Positions 55,451-64,000 of a DNA stretch of 64,000 nt are shown in pieces. Each line of letters begins with the position of its first letter. The stretch's first letter is position 1. A program made the position numbers and the translations under genes. Below the pieces are notes generated by a model, which worked only from the letters and a program-made list of their open reading frames with translations, did no database searches and was not told the DNA's origin. Source of the DNA: the human T2T-CHM13v2.0 reference genome, Homo sapiens. Location of the stretch: the NCBI RefSeq assembly GCF_009914755.1, contig NC_060926.1, one strand, 5' to 3'.

Positions 55451-57580
55451 GCTTAGAGCAAACATCCAATAAATGACAGTAATTATTATCAGCTTCATAA
55501 TGACTCTTACAGTGTTATAGAGGAATAATTGGTACTTAAGCCAGAAAATCAATCCTTTGTAAAATTAGAAATGACTTTATATTCTTTTAGTTCTAGTTTT
55601 GAGTCTTTTGATTTTAAATGTATTTTTTAGAATGAGAAAATATTCAAACTAATTTAAAGACATAACTGTTTCTTAAATTATGAATTTAAACGACCATTTT
55701 ATACTTAACATAGATAGACCTTCTCAAAATCACTATAAACTAATTAATCCTCTGTTTTGCATATACTTTGTAATTTCTGGGTTTTTTTTCTCCTAATGTT
55801 AAAGTTTTCTAGTTGTAATTTAAATAATTTTTCTTTTATTTCTACCTATTCCCCACTCATTTAATAAAAAAGCAAAATCTTAGGTAAGCTTACTCAAAGG
55901 AACTCAGTCCCGGCTCTCCCCACAGGCCTATGTGAGAAGGACTTTGTGGAGGGGGAGATGGAACATGAAGTCCTGATGAGGAACTGCAGCCATCGCCCAC
56001 ACCTTACAGCTTCAGCTGGATGACAGAATTACAAGGTTACTGTGCTCTTCCCCACTAAAATGTGTCATGTTGGCTCCAAAGGCAAAGACCACATTTCCTA
56101 TACTTAGGTCAGTGCCTAACTTCCTAAATCCTCCCAAAACTTTTAAGAAGAGTGAGTTCACTTTTTAAAAAACACAATTCTCCTTTTACTATTCTCTCAT
56201 ATTTTATGGATCTTTTTCATTTTAGAATAACAAATTAAACATTTTCCAGAGTTCAGGAGGAATAAATCCAACCAATGCAAAGAAAACACGTCTAGTTACA
56301 TTAAAGGACCATTCACACTACCATCCCTGCCACCTTTCCTGCCACCACCACACACTACCCATATGATCCATGTCTTTTAGCTATGAAACATCAGCATCAA
56401 AGCAAGCATTTAAGAAAAAAAAAAATCTGTCATTCATCCTGGTCTTGAAGGCCATATGATGAAAAAATACTTTCCCACCAATGTGAAACTGTCAGTCTTT
56501 TATGTAGAACTTAACAAATATTAGGGCGGATGAAACTGTTACCTAAATAAGGTAGCAATAAACAAAAGAAGTTTAAATTTTTCAAGTAATAATCAATAAT
56601 CAAATAATAATAAAAAGGATAATCAGAAGCAAATAAGACTATCTGCTATAATAAGCTGACGGCTAGTGGCAGAAAGAAATCCTAAGCACAGGACTATAAA
56701 ACAGTGGCACTAAAGTCTGCATAATGTTGACCAATTAAAATGAATGTTCTTAGCATTTTCCTTACCACTTTCAACTAAGAGTAAACTCATGTGGTCTGTT
56801 GTGGTAAGCTGGCATCAGCAAAAAAAGTGAGAGCTCCGTTACTTTAGCATCCTAATTATACCCGGCAGGAAAAGCAGAGCTCCAGGGATGGGGGGTGGGG
56901 GGACTGGTGCTGGTCAGGTCCACTTTCATGGCAGAAGGATATTTGCTCTGAGGCCATGATCTGGGCAGTATGAGCACTGCAATAAGTAAACCTCTATGTC
57001 AACAGGTGAGGATTCCAATTTTGGGGGAGAGAGAGACTGAAATTATGTGCAAAGTATATACTGGAAGAACATAGACTCAAGCATGAGTACTCCCCATTAG
57101 AGCAATTGCGCTAATTGGAAAACAAAAGAGAATTAAAATGCCCCATTTTCTAAATTATGCTTGCCTTCTGTAGTAAAAGTCAGCATAACGGTTCCATTTA
57201 ATTGAATAATTAGATTGGTTCTTCAGGGATTTTCCACTGTGCACTGGTTAGATTTAAAGAGATTTTCCAAAACTATACTTTGAAGTTACTATAATCTTTC
57301 TGCATGATTGCATTTGTTCTTCTCCTTAGGTCCAACCAACTAGCCTGCTTCACTCCCCTTTGTTTCCTAGAACTGAGCACTAGTAATACATATGTACAGA
57401 GAAGCCAAACATGAAACAGAGAAAGAACAGTAAGAATAGCTACCCCTCACTGAATGTTTATTCTGTGCCAGGCAGTTCTAAGAACTTCACATGGATTAAT
57501 TAACTGAATCCTGACAAGTTCCTCACAAAGGTGCTATTTGGATCAAGATTGAACTGGAAACATGTAGCATCTCCTCTTAA

Positions 57581-57613
57581 TTCCAATTCGGAGGATTCTC
57601 CTCCGAATTGGAA
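57581..57613. repeat. Perfect inverted repeat (15-bp arms, 3-nt loop)
   Basis: ttccaattcggagga-ttc-tcctccgaattggaa. Confidence 0.95.
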
Positions 57614-58849
57614 ATTACAAACATGGGGAGTTGTCAGTCTGATAAAGAAGGTTTCCAGGGGACAATGACAAGGCAACTGCCCATGACAGACTAGGAAGAT
57701 GTTTCTCAAGAGAAGTAATAGTCAGAGAAATTATCTACAAAGTGAAATATATAGTTTCTGGTCAGACAATGTACCATAGTGGGTTGGGCACCATGATGAC
57801 ATCTACATGAAGATGGTTAAGTTATATCTTCTAGCATCTTCTAACAGGTAAGGAAAGAGCAGTCAAAACAGTGAATGTCCAAATGGGCATCTCTAAAGTG
57901 AAACTGTCTTACAAGTTAGCAAAGGAGCTGAGCTTTTTCTATTATACTGACACTTTTCTTTGGCTATAAGTCCCTTTCAACCGCAATATACATAATATCT
58001 GAGATTAAAAGATTCCCAAAGTTATCTGTCCTAACTATCTGTATTCCCCTAAAATGTTCTAATTACTCCAGGCAGAGAGTTACTGTCTCTAGACAATTCC
58101 TAGCAAAAGAACAACATAATTTGCTCTCTAGCCAATTGCTAAGAATCCTTCCTAATACCATGTAGTACTTTATTCTAGTGGTATACGTACTCTGAGTGAA
58201 AGGAGAGCAGTACCTAATGCCTATAAGATGGTCTTCTCTAGGCATGAAAACCAATCCAAATCCTCTTCTAAAATCCTCCCATCTAAAGGACAGAATCAAG
58301 TCATCTTTTCTTCACTTTCTCACATCTTGACTAAATAATGTCAACTCTTTTAGCCATTTCTTCACAGGAAAAGTTTCTGAACTCTCACTTAACTGATATT
58401 TCGATTTGGTGTTTTGTTTTGTTTTGTTTTTTGTCTGAATCTCTCAGAACATCTTCTAAATTCCCTGTTAGTGAACTAGAACGAATCAAATTTGGTCTCT
58501 GTCCCAAGCAAGTGCCCTGAGAGTCATGCCATTGATTGCTGATGGAGAGACCTATAAGCGGTTTCATTCCTAGGCTCATTTGACAGTTTGGGCATAATTT
58601 TTTTGTTAATTAATATTTTAAGTCACAAAATTCACAATTACTCCAACTAAGAGAATGCCCTGCAAAATGAATAAAATTCTCTTTCCAAACTAGTCCTTTA
58701 TGCAGTCAGATTATAATTTTCTGAGATTTTCTTTATATTAATCGAGCATCTTTCCAACAATTTATGAAAAAGCTGGCAGGACCAAGGTCTTTCCAGCATT
58801 ACCTTTTTCCCTTTTTCAAAATGGGCCCAGTGGAGGGGCAAAAAAAAAT

Positions 58850-59415
58850 CCCCATTGATAGTACCTACTAACGCCATGCATACAAACACTGTATAAAACC
58901 AGAAATGAATGCCTATGTCCTCTAAAACGCATGCTCATAGCAGTTTTAGTCATCACCAGAAACAACCCAAGTGTCTACCAATAATAAGATCGATAAATAA
59001 ATTGTAGTATACTTATATAACCGAGCAGTAGGAAAAATGAACTATTGCTATATACACAAACATAGATAAAAACAGACTTACTGTCGAGTGAAAGAAGTCA
59101 GATATGAAAGACCAAAAACTGTATGATTCCACTTATGTGAAAGAATAGGAAAAACAAATTAATATAAAAGAGTAGAAAAAAATAGGAAAAGCCTGCATTG
59201 ACAGATCCCAGCATAATGGGTTTCCACTGAGGTTTACTGAGTGGAAGCGGGTGGAAGATAGCCTTCTGGGATGTTGCAAATATTCTCTATATTGACCTGT
59301 GTGTTTGTTAAAAGGATGTGTGTATGTCTAAAAGATTATCAAACTGTACAATTAAAATCTGTGCATTTTACTGTATGCAAACTATAACATATTTCGATAT
59401 AAAAGTTTAAAAAAA
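58850..59415 (+). mobile_element. Old L1M 3'-end fragment
   Basis: aaacaacccaagtgtcta...gagtgaaagaagtcaga...tgtatgattccactta...tgtgcattttactgtatgcaaa. Confidence 0.65.
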
Positions 59416-60345
59416 TGGGCTTAGTAGTTGACCTTTATTTATCCCTAAGGCAAACACCTCTCTTCATGTGATTTTCCCAAATAATGGAATATTTAATTCT
59501 GTAAGGGTAACTATCCACTCCTTTTTACTCTTGATCTTTGCACACTGAAGCCTATCAACTCATCCTATTTCTTTTTTTGGTTTGGATTTTTCTCCATCAA
59601 AATTAAGGTTAATCTAGACAACAAATTCATTTCTGTAAAGAGAGTCCTAAATGGTTTATTTAAAAGCCTTTCTTTTTCATAGCTTCTGCTGTTGATTTTT
59701 CAGTATGACAGGCAAGGTTCACAGTAATGAAATATCTAAGTAGCTTTAATAACAATAATAATAGTAGTAATAGGTGCTACCATTCATATAAAGCTTACTC
59801 ATGAGACACACATTGACCTAAATGCTATAAATATATTTTATGTTATTAATTTTCACAGTACTCTTAGAGGCAGGCATTTTTACCCCCACTTTATGATGGG
59901 AAAACTGGAGTTCCAAAAGCGTAGATAATTTGTTTAAGGTGCAGAGTTTGCAAGCAGCAGAACTGGGCTTGTCAAGCATATCTTATTCAAGCATATGTTA
60001 AAGCCCATGCCCTTAAACATTATGGTCTCCTGACTTCTATGAGTAAAATATAGAGAAAAATTGAACAAAGTCTTTAGAGTAGAGGAGATAGATCGTAAAT
60101 AAAATATCAGCTAGTAATAAATACATAGAGCAATGCATAAGGAGGAAGATTGTGGGGAGGGGAAGTTATTTGAGACAAGGTGACTCAGAGAAGGCTCCCT
60201 ACAGAGGCAGCATTGGAGCCCAGGCATGAAGATGTGAAGCCCAGCCATGTGGAAGAACATTCCAGATAACAGAAAGGCAAACAAAAAGGCTGCGAGGCAA
60301 GAATATACTTGGTACAATTGCAAAACCGCAAGAAAGTCAGCACGT

Positions 60346-60545
60346 TAGAGCTGTGCCGCCCAATACAGTAGCCACTAGCCACATGTGGGTATTTACATTT
60401 AAACTAATTAAACAAACAAACAAACGTTCACTCAGTCACATCAGCCACATTTTAAGTGCCCCATTGTGTCACTTGTGCGATGCCATGATGGATAGCACAA
60501 TACAGAGCATTTCCCTTAGCACAGAAAGTACTGTTGGATAGTACC
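60346..60545. mobile_element. MER3/MER33-like DNA transposon within an L2 fragment
   Basis: tagagctgtgccgcccaatacagtagccactagccacatgtgg...cacagaaagtactgttggatag. Confidence 0.7.
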
Positions 60546-61910
60546 ATGCTCCAGCAAAATGACACCTGAGAGAGCCACACGGCCAGAGCATGGAGTGCTT
60601 GGCATTCCACCATCAGGGTAATGGAAAGCCCTCACAATGAACTTCAATCATAAAATCTGAGATAGCCAAAAATATACTAAGACCTGAAAACTGCTACTAT
60701 TACCAGAGAGATGGGAAAATATTTAAATAATTACTTAGTAAGAAAAATTCAGTTTGTAATATAGCACTGGATTTTTATCGGAGTATTACAAATAGCAACA
60801 TTGTCATAAACACAGCCAGAAGTATGCACTGGCACTTCTACCCTCAAAAGAATGGTTAATTTACATTTAACTGATTGTTGTCTTCTTCATCAGAGGTGTT
60901 CATCATATCTAAAAGAAATGATATTAAAAACAGCCCTGGGTTAAAAGAATTTTTTAAAAAGTATATCCATATATCAAACATTTATGGAGTATCTACAATA
61001 ATTGGACCTATTAATTTACACAGCTTTTTAATAAGAAGTCCTATTTCCAACAATTAAGGTCTGATGAATAAGTTATGGGTAGGAATAAACAAATAGAAAG
61101 TTAAAAGTCTAGTAAGTTTCTTATTTATTTGCTGTAATCTCTCTGGGCTGAAATGTGACACATATGTCTATAAATGGGCATGAAGATGGCAATGAAGAAT
61201 GAGAAGTTGTAAATATACTCAAAAGAGACATTAACTGCAAATGAAACCCAAAGTTCCTTGCCCAGTCATAAAGCACAATTATAATATGGACACATGTTGT
61301 TTCTCTGCTTTCAAAATTTGAAAACAAAAAGACCTAATGGTACCATGACCAAAGTTGACTAAGAAAGATAAAGCAGCTCTTCTTAAAGCTCTCAGTGTTC
61401 AAATGGATTCTGAAGGCCTCAATGAAAACCAGCTGGGAGCCAAGTGTAAAATATAATGCTTTTTGCCTGTAGGGAAGGAAGTGAGATCTTGAATGATTAA
61501 GTTTAGGAAAGTATGTAATTCACTGTATCATTATGGGGTGAGCTGGATTACTTATAATATGCCAACACTTTGTGGTCTTCTTTTATAGAGAAAATGAGAA
61601 ATTATTAAAGAGGTGACTGTATAAGGTGGTTGATCCAGTGTAGTAATAGGTTAAAACAGTTTCCCAGGTGGTCACGTCTGTCTCTCTATGACAAGCCTCA
61701 CCCAAAGCTTCAGGTCCTGTAGCGTAAGGTATATTCATAGGAGATGAGAACACAAACAAAATGACTTTTATCCACGTTTATTTTGGGTTAATATTAGAAT
61801 TATTTTGACTTGTTGTCCAATTTTACCTCATTTTTTAGAACAGAACATAAACTGTGATCCAAAAAAGGAAAGCATTATCCTACTAAAAGTTCCAAGAAAA
61901 ATATACTTAA

Positions 61911-63479
<1,569 letters not shown>

Positions 63480-63939
63480 CTAAGGTACATTAATAGGAGA
63501 TGAGAACACAAACAAGATGATATGAGATATATACACACACACACACACACACAATTTTTTTTTACTTAAAAGTAACAACAATTGGTTGAAAGTCCTTATG
63601 CATAACTCAATTAGAATTTGTTGAATAGATGATTGAATACATGCTATTATTTTTTAAATGGACTATATATAAAATATCATGTAATTGAAAGTTTCAAAAA
63701 CCTAGCTCTACCCTCTAATATTCCCCTTTTTTCAAAATCAGCATTAAGGACAATTAATTTTGGCCCAAACATTCAGTAAGGAGAACTTTAATGATTAATA
63801 ACTAATGTAAATATCAATGTAATTATTTTATGTCTCCGTCACTGTTGGACTGTGAGCTACATATTGGCATACCATATGCCTGGGACACAATTAGTGCTCA
63901 GTATCTTTGTTCTGTGGCGCTGCATTCCATATTCTCTCT

Positions 63940-64000
63940 CTTTTTTTTTTTTTTTTGAGACAGGGTCTTGCTCTGTCGCCCAGGCTAGAGTGCAGTGGCG
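63940..64000 (-). mobile_element. Alu 3' end (runs off the window)
   Basis: Poly-T then gagacagggtcttgctctgtcgcccaggctagagtgcagtggcg. Confidence 0.9.

Overview
Primate (almost certainly human, 2q33.1) genomic DNA. It holds the 3' end of SATB2 on the minus strand: the last coding exon with the homeodomain (54265-54726), a ~2.7 kb 3'UTR, tandem poly(A) signals near 51560 and ~9 kb of the last intron. The ~51 kb downstream is gene-poor, and 4.3-34.7 kb is almost entirely nested retroelements: an L1 interrupted by a near-complete HERV-S (LTR18/HERVL18, tRNA-Ser PBS) provirus and an Alu; an old L1M interrupted by Tigger3, a THE1 LTR and a full-length L1PA; and a HERV-H. The most striking structure is that the HERV-H is not a provirus. 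It is an mRNA-shaped retrocopy (R-U5-internal-U3-R-polyA) with a 14-bp TSD, i.e. a HERV-H RNA apparently mobilised in trans by L1 machinery, and it records its parent's start and poly(A) sites. Other observations: a possible degenerate dUTPase-like segment and a gamma-type env in the HERV-S, two short templated duplications (80 bp and 171 bp), a perfect intronic hairpin, and two MER11 solo LTRs bracketing the SATB2 last exon. Repeat family and subfamily names come from recognition by eye, not a database search. Nearly all other ORFs in the track are repeat-derived or spurious.
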